A stretch of 64,000 bases of DNA from Camelus dromedarius (lineage: Eukaryota), in contig NC_087436.1 of assembly GCF_036321535.1 (NCBI RefSeq), positions 111,354,001-111,418,000 of the forward strand. Direction: 5' to 3'. Below are positions 50,658 to 63,938 of this stretch, one piece after another. Position 1 is the first letter of the stretch. Each line of letters starts with the position of its first letter. Made by a program: the position numbers and the translations under genes. The notes below the pieces were generated by a model that saw only the letters and a program-made list of their open reading frames with translations, ran no database searches and had not been told where the DNA came from.

Positions 50658-53600
50658 CTGTGGAGAGAAGACACAGCCAACACGTCAGGGTCAGAGCTCG
50701 GCTCGAGTCCATACGGCCAAGCTTGCTCACCATGAAGGTCTTAGTAGAGGGGAGTGAGGTCAAGTGCTGGGCTTTCAAAAAGCAGAAGACTTCCTGAGAT
50801 GAATTCATAGCTTCAGATTTGCCACTTGTTCCTTGGCCAACACTTCTCTTTCTTGGGGTGGAGGCAAAATCAAAATGTGCCCCAGCTGGGCATTTAAGTT
50901 GCACTGACCTCGCATCTCTGGGGTCTGGTGTGAGCTGACCCACACGGGCCCCAGATGGTGTCTCTTTAGCAAAGGAGGCTGGCAAGAGAATCCGTCTGAG
51001 AAGGCAGATCACAAAGCTTTAATCTGGGTCAGAGTAGCCTTCATTAAATCAGGGAGGCAGAAGCAGTCTCAGGTGTTACTTGAAGAGTGAAAGGTGTAGC
51101 AAAGGGAAGCCTAGATCAGGCACCCAAAGTTCGGGGTTCAAATCGCAGCTTTGCTGACTTGCCACAATTTAAAATAGGATTTTCTAAACCCTCCTTCTCC
51201 TACACATCTGACAATGCTGAGGGGGACAAGTGAAGTGCATAAGAATAATCCTGCTAGGACAGGGTCCTGTCGTGAAGCCAGGAGCATCACCTTGGAGTCC
51301 TCATAATGACTCAGTGAGCCAGACATCAATTACCCCTGTATGATGGGCATTTAGTTCTCATGTTGCACAGAGCACTTTATTAGAATATTAATTTGCCATA
51401 TTAATGTGGCAGGATAATTTAGTGAAATATTAACTTGGGTTTGTTTTTCTCTGTGTTTGCCACCAAGTACTAGCTGTGAAGATTCAATGATATACCGTAG
51501 TGGAGTCTTTAAATATTGTCTAAGAGTCAGTTCTCAAAAATGGCGGCCGTGGTTGTTGTGGTGGTTTTTACTCTCTGAATTGGGAAAAGTCATGTACCTT
51601 CTCAGGCCTCAGTTTCCTCATCAGTGTAATGGGGATAGCAACAGCTGTACATGAGTTGAGTGTAATCAACATTTACCGAGCACAGTTATGGGCCAAGCCC
51701 TCTACATCTGTCATCTCATCCAATCCTTATGACAGGGATACGAAGTAGATTTTATTAAACCCCTTTCCCCACAGGCTTGGAGACATTTAGTCCCTTGTGT
51801 TTGGGCAAGGGCACCCTGAACTCTGTCTAGGACCGTAGTCCTATATACCACACGGTATACAGAGTTCAGAGTCACTGATTTCAGTTGCTATAAATGAATG
51901 ATTTAAAATGATGAAACTTAAAGAACTTCTGGGCATACCCCTTTCTCTGTAACTACTCTAAGGGTTCTACTGAACACCTCCTGGTCAAATCTGGATCCAT
52001 CTTGTGAACTTCAACCTCCCTGATTCATTACTTGATATCACTGACCAGCCTGTGTTTGCCCCAACTTGGGAACCAGGACTCGAAGCTTTCCTGGTTCCAC
52101 TCGCTCCCTGACCCCGTTCCCCTCTGGCTCCTTTGCTGGCTCACCTGCCCACCTTTATTCATAGAAGGCTGGTGTCTCCCAAGCCTGAGAGCAAGAACGT
52201 TTGTCCTTCTCCCTTTAAAATATCCTTTCCACTGAGAAGTTTCCAGACATTCCATGGAAACATCGGCAGTTCTGATCTAACTTTCTTTCCAGTACTGTGT
52301 TTCCATGTCTATTTATCTCCACATGTCTATCTCATCCGCTTCAGAAACTTTACCCTGAAAACTGAACTCCTTCCCAAGGGATTTGTCTCTGCAGGACTTC
52401 TCTCTTTAATTTCGTTCCCTTATAGCTCAGTGTCCTTTAGATTTTTTTTTTGTTGTTGTTGTTGTTGTTGCAAACTCTCAGCTCCTTTTCATTCCAAACA
52501 TGGTAGCTTACGCTTGATTACCTAATTTTTTCATTATCCCCATTCTTGCCCGTGCAGTCCTTAGGACACATAACCAGCATAATGATCCTCACCAAACACT
52601 TAAAATAGAAAATCATCACCTATGTGATTGGCAAAGATGAAAAGGTTTGCTAACACATCGTGTTGATGACGGTGTAGGGAAGGAGCTGCTGTCAAACCTT
52701 GTAGGGATGTTAATTTATACAGGCTAATTCATAGAGGGGAATTAGGTAACATCTATCAAAGCAATTTCACTACTAGGAAAAGCACGCCCACGTGTGCTCA
52801 AAGCTGTATATAATGTGTTAAAAAAAAAAAGCTGTATATAATGGATATTGATTACGGTAGTAAAAGATTGGAGAAAACCCAAAATACGAATCAATAGGAG
52901 ATTGATTTAATGAATTAAAGCACAATCACACAATGCAAATTTTAAAAATAATTAATTGTATCCACATAATGATGTGAACTCATATCCAGATTTGATTTAA
53001 TAAAAAATTGAGAAGTAATCAGATTACGATGATGGGGGAGCAGGAATTCGGGGCATAAGGAGTGCTGTGGAGAGGGGTGGGTCAACAGTGAGTGACAGAA
53101 GCAGGTATATCCTGATTCCAGCTTGGGGGGGGGGACTCCGATACACCCCATAGCTGCTTCACACAGGTTGTGTGGGGCTGAGGAGCTGTAAATCTAGAGG
53201 TAGAGAGACTACTTCCGGTGCTAGAGAATATTAGAACAGCTGCAGTGTCCCTGAGCAGAAGCAGTGGAACCAAACGTGGGAGGACACTTGCCTCAGCTCC
53301 TGGTGAAAGTTTTAAGAATCACACCAAAGGCATTGTGAATAGATGTTCATATACTCTCTTCTGGGACAACCCCCCCGGGCAGCCAGGAACAAAACTGTTT
53401 TGAATATTATTGTCCTCAGAACTGAAATTACAACGTCCTCATACAGTTCTGATGCTTCAGAGAGCAGAGTACAGATGGACCCAGGGTGCTGTCTCCTGTG
53501 GGCATCCCTCTGTGAAGGAAGAGGGAGGAAGGAAAGGGACATGTAGCGAGTCCCTCCAGTGGGGCAAACAGAAAGTGTTCATTTGCTTATGGCTTCCAGT

Positions 53601-53786
53601 GAGAGGCGGTTCACCCTCCTGTGCGCTGGGATGCCCAGGTTTAATCAGCACCGCAGTGGAAGGGCGCAGTCTTGCCCAGCCCTCCTGCAAAGCCCGTCTC
53701 TGCTTTGCTGCTTCTCCAGAGACAGCAATTGTGCTTGGTGACTTCCTGAATTCTACCAGGTCCCCTGTCTGCCACCCCACACCCTC

Positions 53787-54242
53787 TGTTATGGTTGCAT
53801 TCTGTTCTTTCCTCAAAAAAATAGGTTGAAGTCCTAACCACCCCAGCACCTTATGGCCTTATTTGGAAGTAGGATCTTTACAGAAGTAATCGAGTTTAAA
53901 CGAGGTCACCAGGGTGGGCTCTAATCCAGTAAGACCAGTGGCCTTATACGAAGGGGAAATCTGGACACAGAGACAGATGCACAGAGAGAAGATGGTGTGG
54001 AGAGATGTGAGGAGAACGCCGCGTGTGGATTGGAGTTCCGCTACCACAAGCCAAGTGATGTCTGGGGCTACCGGAAGCTGGAAGAGGCAAGGAAGGCTCC
54101 CTCTAGAGGTTTCAGACGGAGCACGGCCCTGTCGACAACCTGATTTCAGATTTCTAACCTCCAGAACTGTGAGAGAATCCGTTTCTGTGTCTGAGACACC
54201 GAGTTCATGGGACTTTGTTATGGCAGCCCTAGGGACCTAACA
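53787..54242 (+). mobile_element. MLT1-like MaLR LTR in CLRN2 intron 1
   Basis: tgttatgg start, ccttatttggaagtagg, ctccagaactgtgagagaa, ttgttatggcagccctagg...aca end. Confidence 0.7.
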
Positions 54243-56572
54243 CTCCCTCCCAGTTGTTTGGGTGGCCCGTCGGTCATTTCAGACAGGAGCTGTCCACCCT
54301 GCCGCCTCCCACACTGGAGAGTCCACCTTCATCCACCACCTTCCCAACACACTCGGCTGAATTCCAGGAGAACGGTGAGGACTACTAGGGTGACACTACC
54401 CCTTGGGAAGGTTGCCAGTCTCAGATTCCCAAAGGAATGATACACAGTGGAAAGGCAGGACCTTTGGGGTTGGCTGTCCTGGGTTGGGGCCTGGCTCCAG
54501 CACTCACAGCTCTGAGACCTTGAGCAAGTTGTTTAACCTCTCTGAGCCTCATTAGTATAGCACAGGTCACAAGTCTGGCATCTTGCATACGACCATTCAG
54601 TACAAAAGAGTTTAAAAGTTCTTTATCATTGTTCATTCAACCAATGTTTCTGACCACCTACTGTGGGCCAGGCACTGTTCTAGGGGCTTGGGATCAACCA
54701 ATGGATGAGATCCTTGTCCTAATGACACTACACACTAAAGAGGTGGAGACAGATAATAAATAATAAGCATAACAGATAAATAACCTAGTATGTAAGAAGG
54801 TGGTTATGACGGTCATGTGATATAGCATACTACATAATTGTATGGACTATTTTCATTATATTCCCTGGGCACTGTCTTGCTTATTCAAGTCTTTGGAACA
54901 TCGCTGCTGTTGAATTTGTGGCTCCCTTGTTCAAGCGGTGGAACTTTTTTCATGAGGTTCGTTAATTTCAGTTATGCACAACTATTTAAAAAATTGTGCC
55001 CTTTCCCCCTAATTTTTCTTTTTGTGGGTGGTTTCAAAACAATCTCAAACTTCAGAAAAATTGCAAGAACGGTACAAAGAAAAAAAAAATTCTTTCTTTC
55101 CTAAACCCTTGAGGGAAAATTGCCTCTTCATCCCTGAGTACTTCAGGGTCTGTGTCCTCAAAAAGGATATTATCTCTCAAAACCACAATACAACTATCGA
55201 AATCACTAGGTTAACACTAATGACCACTGTTTAATTCTGACACCTTGTTCAAATTCCACCAATTGTCCCAGTGGCGTCCTTTATAGCAAACAGACCCAGA
55301 TCTGAACCAAGTACTGAATACAGTTGTCATTGTCCCCTTATAACATGTCCTTTTAAAAAATTTTTATATTTCCTTTCTTATTTCTTTGTTTATATTGTGT
55401 GTTTTCAGCTTTTTATGTTTTGTTTTTAACAGAGCTATTTTCCCAATATGCCTGGTCTAATTTAATTTCTGGGTAAATGTAAATATTCCCAGAGATTTAT
55501 TTTTTTTGGCTGTACATAACAAATATATATATCCTTCATGTGTATAAATGATGCCAATTTATATAATTATATTTGTCAATGGTTCCTGCTTTCTGTCTCT
55601 ATACGTTTAACAAGATACTCACCCTGACCAGGATTCTAAAAACTACAATTCTGAAATATAGAAGTCAAATAATGAATCAAATTCCTATCTCTCTGCATTT
55701 GTCGTATGTTGATTAAGATTTTGTAGGATGCTGTTCTCACAGTGATCGAATGGTATGATTCTAAGGCTTACAGAATATTGCCTTTTCTGTTTTGGTTTTT
55801 CCTTCCCAGAAGACCCTTCATAAGCTGGGCTTGGATTCCTTCCCTGTTTACAGTCAGAGCTGCTCTGATGTGACACTGGATGGCCGCTGGGTTGGTCTGC
55901 ACACTCATGTTCGCAGATAGCAGCCCAGCGCCTTGCCCCAGGTCTCCCTGCCAGGAAACATCCGGGTTGGGCTTTGAACCCAGATAGACTGATTCCAGAG
56001 CCCAGACGCAGAACCCGTTTGCTTTCTCTCAGATGATGAAGCTTTTCTATAAACAGAAGTGGAAGATTCCTTTCAGCAGGCAGCCTACATTCGGGGGCCA
56101 GACTGGCTGAGAATACGCATGTTGCGTGTGACCGGGGTCTAAAATCTGGCTCTGTTTCCTGGCCGAGTGACCCCAGGCAAGTTATTTCACCTCTCCAAGC
56201 CTCAGTGTAGTCCCCTGCAAAGTGGGAACAGTAACAATTTCTTCTTTATACATTTGTTATAAAGCGTAAGAGAGACACGCCATGAAAGGCATGAAAGGTG
56301 GAAGGTCTGACACAGGTGAGCACTCAATATTTTAATAGTGATTATTCACAGAGGTCAACTACAAATATACACCAATCCCATTTCTAGTGTTTCTGTAAGC
56401 ATCTGCAGGGAAAAAAGGTCTCTTCTAGGTGCTGAACCCTGGCTTACTGTGGACTTCCTCGTTATGCCTTACACTGAAGCAGCACTTGAATTACACATTT
56501 AGACATAAGCATTCTTACGAATATTTAAAAATAAGTATTCTAAAGCAGCTTACATGCCCCTAATATACTCAC

Positions 56573-56825
56573 TCGTGAACTGGGACTGTCGGCCGCCGAG
56601 CCCACACTGCCGCACCTTACACCCGCGGAAGAGTCCATAGTAAATGTCCCCAATGAATTTGACCAGCTCTGGATCCGTGGCATTGACCAGGTCCACTCCA
56701 GTCTGACAAAGGATTTTCCCACTCAGCCAGTGGGGCACCGCCAAGGCAATGATGATCATTATGAAGGAGGAGAAGCTGAGTAAGGATGCCAGCCCATACC
56801 ACATCTTTTTGAACCATCCAGGCAT
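56573..56825 (-). CDS. CLRN2: CLRN2 coding exon 1 (MPGWFKKMWYGLASLLSFSS...CGLGGRQSQFT)
   Basis: ORF 56550..56825; donor A|GTGAGT; 253 nt. Confidence 0.96.
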
Positions 56826-58719
56826 CCTAGGGGGTGCAGGTCATGCCCCAGGTGTCCGAGCAGTAGCGAGGGTCCTTGACATCTTCCGCACACTCAGCAA
56901 TCCTCTGTTCCAAGGTCAGCACTTTCAAACACACCAGTTCAAGATTTCAGGTCCATCTCCTGGTCCTCCCTCAGTGCCTGCCTCCTCAGCCCATGTTTAC
57001 TACAGCCACATCCGGAAGTCTCTACAGAGACGGTCTTCACCTGACTCAAGCGTAGAGGAGTGTGTTACTGAAGGATGTAACCCGGTATCTTCCTCCAGAC
57101 TAATGTTTCAGCTGACGGTTTAATTGTTCCGCGTTTCAAGTATTTACATAACCTTGGTGTGGACCTCTTAATGACAAGGAAGTTATTAGCAGGCAAAACC
57201 TGGTAGATCTGACTGTAAAGAGACACTAACCATTCTAAAAAAATGCGTACAGTAGAAGGAAAACAAAAATGGAATGATTAGCATTTGAATATCGCCAACA
57301 ATGCACAGTATCAAATGTTGATCTCTTTGATGCATGTCCAAGCATTTCTTTCTCTAAAATGTCACTGCTGTCAGAATCCCCAGCACTGTTATTAATACCA
57401 TGAAGTGATCTGTGTTCTCAATTGAAATGTGTAAACAAGGCTTTATGATTCCTGAATTTATCATTAGGTGAGTCTGCTGTGGGTAAAATTGCAGCGTTAA
57501 ACCTGAGGGGGTTTGGCACTGCTGGGGCAGCCTGGACCCCAGTGCTTACAACCCCCACCCCCCATCCCCTGCTGTCATGTCATCTGAAATGGGAAAGGAG
57601 AGTGCTTTTCTAATGTGTTAGCAAATAGTAATCACCCATCACCCTGCTGGGGTCTTTGTCTCTTCTAAGAGTGAAGATGTCTTTTTCTTTTAATTTACAG
57701 GCACACGGAATGAAATAGTCCCTAATTTCTATCTTATACTATGGCTTTAAAATTTTGAATTTTAGTCTGTTGCTGAATGTCAACTTTGTGTCCTGTGAGA
57801 CTGTCAGTGGCTCTGGGGGACAACGTGGATCAGAAGTGGGAGAGTAAAATTCCTTATTTGGTCACAGAAGTTCAGAGGGAGTTCAGGCGGTGCGTTGTTA
57901 ACCAACAGGAGTTCCAGGAGCCTCACTTGGAGAGCACAGAGGGGACAGAGGGACGTGGGGATGGAAATGTCAGTTTTCTTCCCTCTAATTGGGGTTTACT
58001 TCTGTGGTCTCTCCACAATGAAAATAAAGAAGAGTGTCTCCAAAGCTTGTGCAGCGGCGTACAAAGGCTTTTACCATATGCTTGCTTGTCCCCGACAGCA
58101 ACCCTTTGTGGTTCACAGGAGATGCGATACCTCGGTCATCTCTCTCATGAGAAAATTGGGTGTCAGGGCTGGTCCTGAAGATCAGGTCCTTGAAATACAA
58201 CAGCTGATCTTCATCACAATGACCTTGACTTAGCAAATGTTCTTCTGGTAATGAATGACAAAATCCATATAAAAGGCTTAGAAGAGTGCTCGGCACATTC
58301 GTAAGCGACCAATAACATTAGTTATTCCCACTGTAACATTAAGCTTGCGTTGAGAAGGCACGCCACGCGCAGTACCTCTGCATCTTACCTCTGCCCCCAA
58401 TCCTGGACCTCTGTCAACTTTAAGTATCTTAGGAGTTAAGCAATTACTTTTAGAATTTGCTAAAAATACAAAATTCTATGGTAATCAACTGATTTTCAAT
58501 CCCCCCAAGCTCCTCCGTGCAGAATGGAGGTTTGGTTAGGCTATTCTGCCTGTTGAAGACTTGGGTTCAAATTCCTACTCTTCTGGGCAATGGCCTGAGA
58601 CTCTCATGTTTCCGTTTCCTAATCTGTCATAGGATTTGTTGTGCAAAGTAAAATGAAATAGCACTTAGAGATCACTTCTCTCAGTGCGTGGCATATGGGG
58701 GCACTAGAGGGTGTTGTCC

Positions 58720-59250
58720 TACCCCTGGGGTGGAGCTGCCGGGCGCGGGGCGCGGCGGTGCTCGCCGAATGTGGTCGCACGCTAGGCGGCAGCAGCGGGC
58801 TCGGCTGGGAGCGCGGCCCCAGCGCGGTCCCTCTTGGCGGGGTTGGTGGTCGGGGCGGGCCGGGGCGGGGCGCAGCGTTCGGGCTCGGGGTGTTCGGAGC
58901 CGCGGGAGCAGAGCCGGAAGAGCGGGATGGCGACGGCAGCGGGCGAGGCGCGCCGGGTGCTGGTGTACGGCGGCAGGGGCGCTCTGGGCTCCCAATGCGT
59001 GCAGGCGTTCCGGGCCCGCAACTGGGTAACTCGGCGGGCTGAGGGCGGGCACCGTGGTGACTGGGGCGCAGAGGGTCTTCCGGTGCAGCCCCGGAGGGCA
59101 GTCTGGAAGGAAGCTGGGGGCCCCTGTGCACCCCCAGACATGGGTGCCTGCACGTGCACGCACAGGTCTACAAGTCTGTTCTGTCTCCAATTACCTGCGC
59201 ACCCCGGGCCCTAGGTGCGGGGCCTTTGCTCTGCAGGAGGATGGCTGCTC
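58720..59250. promoter_or_regulatory. CpG island / QDPR promoter
   Basis: CpG-dense, tandem GC boxes (GGGGCGGG at about 58850-58870), ETS-like CCGGAAG just upstream of the ATG. Confidence 0.87.
58927..59025 (+). CDS. QDPR: QDPR exon 1 ([33 protein letters not shown])
   Basis: Strong Kozak gggATGG; donor TGG|GTAACT; 99 nt. Confidence 0.95.
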
Positions 59251-59379
59251 CTTGGCCTCTACTGGGCCCGGAAAGTCGGGCATGACTCGGGAGAGAATTC
59301 CAGAAGGGGAGGAAGAGGAGCGGGGTTGAGGGGACGGGAAGAGATAATCAAAAGGCAGGATCTGGACTGACTTGGGTTC

Positions 59380-59570
59380 CTAGTCCTACGAACTTGAACT
59401 GACTGCTTAACGTCAGCAAACCTGTTTCCTCATCTGTGAAATGGGGATTAATGATAGTATTTACCCCTTATGGGAGTTGTGAGGATTAAGTGAGATAATT
59501 GGTGTTGTTGCGCTTAAATTGTAAATTACCTGCCTCGTGGTAAATGCTGTTTAAATGTTAGCTATTATTG
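59380..59570. mobile_element. MIR (one of many MIR relics in the window)
   Basis: tttcctcatctgtgaaatgggga...gttgtgaggattaagtgagataat core. Confidence 0.65.
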
Positions 59571-60419
59571 ATTATATATTTATATATACCCTGCTCCTTC
59601 AGCTGCTGTCGGGCCTGATACTTTGAAGCCTCAGCCCCGCAAATGCTGGTGGCTTCTTTGTTTTACAAAGGCTGTTTTGACTACTTTGCATAATCAGCCA
59701 TCCGCTTCCTGAAGACGGCAAGTGGGTGGGAGCTGTTGCAGTACTGAGCCCTGACCCCAGCCGCCCTGCAAGGCCCAACGCGTTCCCGGCGGAGACTCCG
59801 CCCGGTGTCTTCTCGCTGCAGGTGTCTGTTGCGCAGATACTCGGCTGCAGCTCTGGGGACCTTTCCTTGGGTGGGTGGGGGCGGTGGTTACTTAGTAGCA
59901 GGAGCAGCCTGAGCGAGAGTGCGCCGGGACCAGAGAGAAAGGGACCCAGGGTATTCCTCTCACTCACAATCGGATGTAGGAATGTTTCTGTGGGTTCTAA
60001 ACACACCACCTTTCCCCCAGTTGTCTGCTCGGAACCCGAGGAAGACTGGATTTGGGGTGTCTTCCCAGGTCTGCAGAGGTGGATGGTGATGACAGTGGGA
60101 ACAGTTAAGGACCGCTAGCCAAGGTCTAGGCACTGTGCTTTTACGTACCGGCACCCCTGTGTACTCTTGAGTTTCTCTTACTCTTTCCAGTACCTTTAAT
60201 ACAGCGCTCCCGAATCCCCGCGTTACAGATGCGAGGGCTGTGCACCCCCCCCCTCGGTGGGGGCACTGTGGGTTCCTTTTGACCTGAGTGAACCTGACCA
60301 GCTGATTTACCTTTGACGCCCTGCATTCCTGGGAGCTCTGGGAGGGCGGGGATTGAACCTTTCCTTTGTCTCGGTATCCCCCATGGCTGTGCAGGGAAGT
60401 AGTGAGTGTTCTTCAAAGC

Positions 60420-60871
60420 CTGGTATCCTGCCTGGCACCTGTTTTTGTACAGTCCAAGAGCTAAGAATGACTTCCCATTTTTATTTATTTATTTATTTTT
60501 GTTTTGGGTGGAAAGTAATTAGGTTATTTATTTATTTAATGGAGGTACTGGGGATTGAACCCAACACCTCGTGCATACTAAGCACTCAGTCTACCACTGA
60601 GCTATACCCTCCCCCTGATTTCCTATTTTTAAATGGTTGAAAAGAAATCAAAAGAGGAGTAGCCATTTTGTGACATGTGAACATTGTATGACATTCATAA
60701 TTCAGCGTCTGAAGTTTAATGGGCACACAGCCCTGCTCATTCATTCAGCGCTGTCCGTGGCTGCTCTCTGGCTGCCATAGCAGAGGTGAGTGGTTGCAAG
60801 GGACCATATGGCCAGTAAAGCCTAAAATACTTACTCTCTAGCCCTTTATGGAAAAAGTTTTCAGACCCCTG
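60420..60871. mobile_element. MER58B-like hAT-Charlie DNA transposon (interrupted by SINE)
   Basis: Characteristic gagctaagaatg...aaatggttgaaaa...aagcctaaaata...ccctttatggaaaaagtt...acccctg end. Confidence 0.6.
60478..60615 (-). mobile_element. tRNA-derived SINE (Vic-1-like) inserted in a MER58-like element, QDPR intron 1
   Basis: Reverse complement of the SINE with (TTTA)n tail; imperfect TSD gacttcccattt/gatttcctattt. Confidence 0.82.
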
Positions 60872-61149
60872 GTGAGGGGGGATCTCACCAAGTGCAGAGT
60901 TTTGCTCTCAGATGTGAGAGTGGATGAGGAAGAGGTATTTGGAGGCAGAAGGGGCTGGCCTGGGGCTTAGTAAGGGGTGAAGCCGAATGCCCTGGAAGGA
61001 GTGTGAAGGTCGGTTGCTAGATCCTGTCTCTGGTGGGTTTTCCTGTAAGCCTCTTTCCTGTCTCCTCTGCCCCTATCTCTGGGCATGGATCTTTAAAGGA
61101 GTAACAACAGACTGTCCCTTGACCCAAGCTGTTTTCTGTTTTCCTCCAG

Positions 61150-61242
61150 TGGGTCGCCAGCATTGACCTGGTGGAGAATGAGGAAGCCAGTGCCAATGTC
61201 CTCGTTAAAATGACAGACTCGTTTACGGAGCAGGCTGACCAG
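61150..61242 (+). CDS. QDPR: QDPR exon 2 ([31 protein letters not shown])
   Basis: Polypyrimidine tract plus ctccag|TGG; donor CAG|GTAATT; 93 nt. Confidence 0.95.
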
Positions 61243-62225
61243 GTAATTCCAGAGGAGGCCCCACTGTGCATGGGGTGGGGGACCCTGGGGAAAGCTTCCC
61301 ATTGGCTGTGTGTCCTTCGTTTTTTTTCAGGTATTGTTTCTCTAATTATCAAAGACATTTGTGCTCATGGAGGGAAATTTAGAAAAAGTGAAAAGAAAAA
61401 AAAAAAAAACGAAGATAAATAACCCATACTCCATGTCTAGTTAGCTAGCTCATTAGTTCACATTTTGGCCCATTTTCTTAGCTTTCCTATGCATACTATA
61501 TGTTATTAATTTTACAGATTGAGATAAATTTTTTTTAACATTTAACTTAAATACTTCAGATCACTGAAAAAACCCTCTGTGTCAACATGTAATTTTTCTT
61601 TATATGGATTGGTCACGATTTCTTTAGTTTGCTCTTACTGTACATTTAAGTTTTATACAGTTTTTCTTCCTTTCTTTTTTAACCATTATCAAGAATACGG
61701 TGGTGAACAGCTTTGTCTCCATTTTTGCTCTTTATTTAGGATACTTTTTTCTCTTTGGCTTTTTCTTTTGGATTTTCAGTTAATGGGATGTTTTTATTGG
61801 GGGGAGGGTAGAATTGATTATCTCTGATTATGATTCTGTGATTTGCAAAGAAAGTCCGGAAAGATACCAGAAGGTTAGCTGTAGGCAGTGAAGCTCTAGG
61901 TGATTTTTTTTTTAACCTTTTCCTACTTTTCTTTACTCATTGTTCTATTCCAGGGATGCTTATGTCTCCACCCTTTAGAATGTTCAAAAGAAGACGAGAT
62001 GGCTAGATTGCTTTATCAGAATCACACTGAAATGTAGTTGGGCTTCACTATCCAAAATGCTCATTATAGATTGGTCTTGCATCCGATTTTCAAAGTTAAC
62101 TGCCTGGTACCATAAACTGACTGAAAAAGAAGGGAAAAATAAATAGAAGGGTCTGTAAAGATGTCAGCCTGTTCAGGTTTATCTGACAGTTTTATTTTGT
62201 GTATCTTTCTGCCCCTTTGTGTCAG

Positions 62226-62322
62226 GTGACTGCTGACATCGGACAGCTCTTGGGTGCTGAGAAGGTGGATGCAATCCTTTGTGTGGCTGGAGGATGGGCT
62301 GGGGGCAGTGCCAAGTCCAAGT
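62226..62322 (+). CDS. QDPR: QDPR exon 3 ([32 protein letters not shown])
   Basis: gtcag|GTG acceptor; T|GTGAGT donor; 97 nt. Confidence 0.95.
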
Positions 62323-63753
62323 GTGAGTCCTTTTCTGAGTTAATCATTCATGTGCTCTGCTCTGTGTCCAGCTGCGTGGATTGGGTCTGTACTGTGTGCC
62401 AGGCCAGGTGGCTTCTCCCAGAGTCTTTCTCCCACAGTAGCTGTGAGGTAGGGATCAGCACCCCATTTTACCCATGAAGAAAAAGCTTCCTGTAGAGGGG
62501 GTGGGGGCAGAGGGTCCTTGAGATTGAAGTTTAAAGAAGAGACAGGATGAAATGTGCATTGTCCCCACCCCAGTCTGTTAGGGGTTATTACTGGGAGTTG
62601 GGGGATGTATATGGGATGGACAGATTATTCAAAAGATCAGAAGGACTCAGAATTGAGTTTTTGTTAAAGCTGAGTTTATTTCCTATTTCTTATTATGAAC
62701 ATTTTCAAATATATAGCAAAGTTGAAAGAACGGTTCAGTGAACCCCCTTTACGCCCTCCATCCAGACTTAACACTTGTTAACACGGGCCATACTTCACTC
62801 ACTTGCTTTCCTGCATGTGTGTCCCCTGTGTGTGTATTTCTTTGTTAATGATTTGAGAGTAATTTGACACCTCACTGTATTTCAACATGCATCTCTGAAG
62901 ATTAAGCCGATCTCCTACATTATTGTAATACCATTCTCATGCCTAAGAAAATGAACAATAATTCTGGAAGATTAAGAATATCAGCCTGTATTCCAATCAC
63001 CCCAATTTATTCCATATCTTTCATAGTTTTCCCTAGATTGAGTCTATTCAGGGTTTATATACTGCATTTTGGTGTTGTTTTTAGTCTTTGAATCTCGTCC
63101 CTGAGATTTCCTGTGAACTGGAATTTAGGGCTAGAGACTTGCTTCAATGTGGGTCCACCCATTTTTTTCCAGTTCTTCTTAGTGGGGATATGCAGTACCT
63201 AGGTTGAGACCTACTGGAGACCCCTCCTCCTGTTTCAGGAGGGCTTCCTCTCTGGGTCAGGGGAGCAGCTTCACTGGGTTCTGTGTCCCCTGTGAGGGAG
63301 GAAGGGGACAGGCGTTCAGCTGGGGATGTGATATCTGTTACCAGTTGTCCCTCCTCACGTCTGTGGCAAGGCCAGAGGGTTAAAACAAATGTGAAATGGT
63401 TGTTATTTCAGCTTTCTTTTAAAGAGTCTTTAAAACTGGCATTAAACCTTCAGCCGTAAAAAATGTAGTCTCCATAAAACCCCTCTTAATGAGCAGATGT
63501 CACTAGTCCCTCAGATTTTTATCACGGGTAAAACCTGACTTGGACATATAGGTTGTTGTTAAAGACCTGACGCCCTTTATGAAGGAGGCCAGCATTTGAA
63601 TGGAAGCCAGGCCCGCATATCTGTCAATGGTCCTCATTTACTGGCTGACTTTTGACCAGTTTACAGGTGAGACTGGTGACCATGTGGCCTGGATTTGGAC
63701 CTGTGTCTCTCTGACCACAAGCCCCAGGCTGTGTGTATTAGAGCTCATGGTAG

Positions 63754-63938
63754 AGACACACACACACACACAGACACACACACACACACACCCCACACAC
63801 ACACCACAAACACACCCCCCCCACACACCCCCCCCCACACACACACACCACACCCCCCCCCCCCCACACACACACAGACACACGCATGCACGCACGCACG
63901 CGCACACACACACACACAGACACACGCACGCATGCACG

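Larger units (their letters stand above)
48699..56825 (-). other. CLRN2: CLRN2 gene span, complete CDS join(56825..56573,50657..50478,48964..48699), 232 aa clarin-2
   Basis: 253+180+266=699 nt in frame; tetraspan clarin protein with N-glycosylation sequon NAT and C-terminus ending DILY. Confidence 0.96.
58927..62322 (+). other. QDPR: QDPR gene span (coding exons 1-3; remaining exons beyond position 64000)
   Basis: Three in-frame exons encoding the SDR/Rossmann N-terminus [11 protein letters not shown]...[12 protein letters not shown] of dihydropteridine reductase. Confidence 0.96.

Noticed and set aside
50658..51012. 195-aa ORF extending CLRN2 exon 2 upstream
   Set aside because: Clarin similarity begins exactly at the AG acceptor (50657); the upstream part is open intron.
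58619..59329. Overlapping long ORFs at the QDPR promoter, including an apparent N-terminal extension from 58834
   Set aside because: CpG-island artefact. The extension starts at a non-ATG codon, and the ATG at 58927 has a strong Kozak context and matches the known QDPR start.
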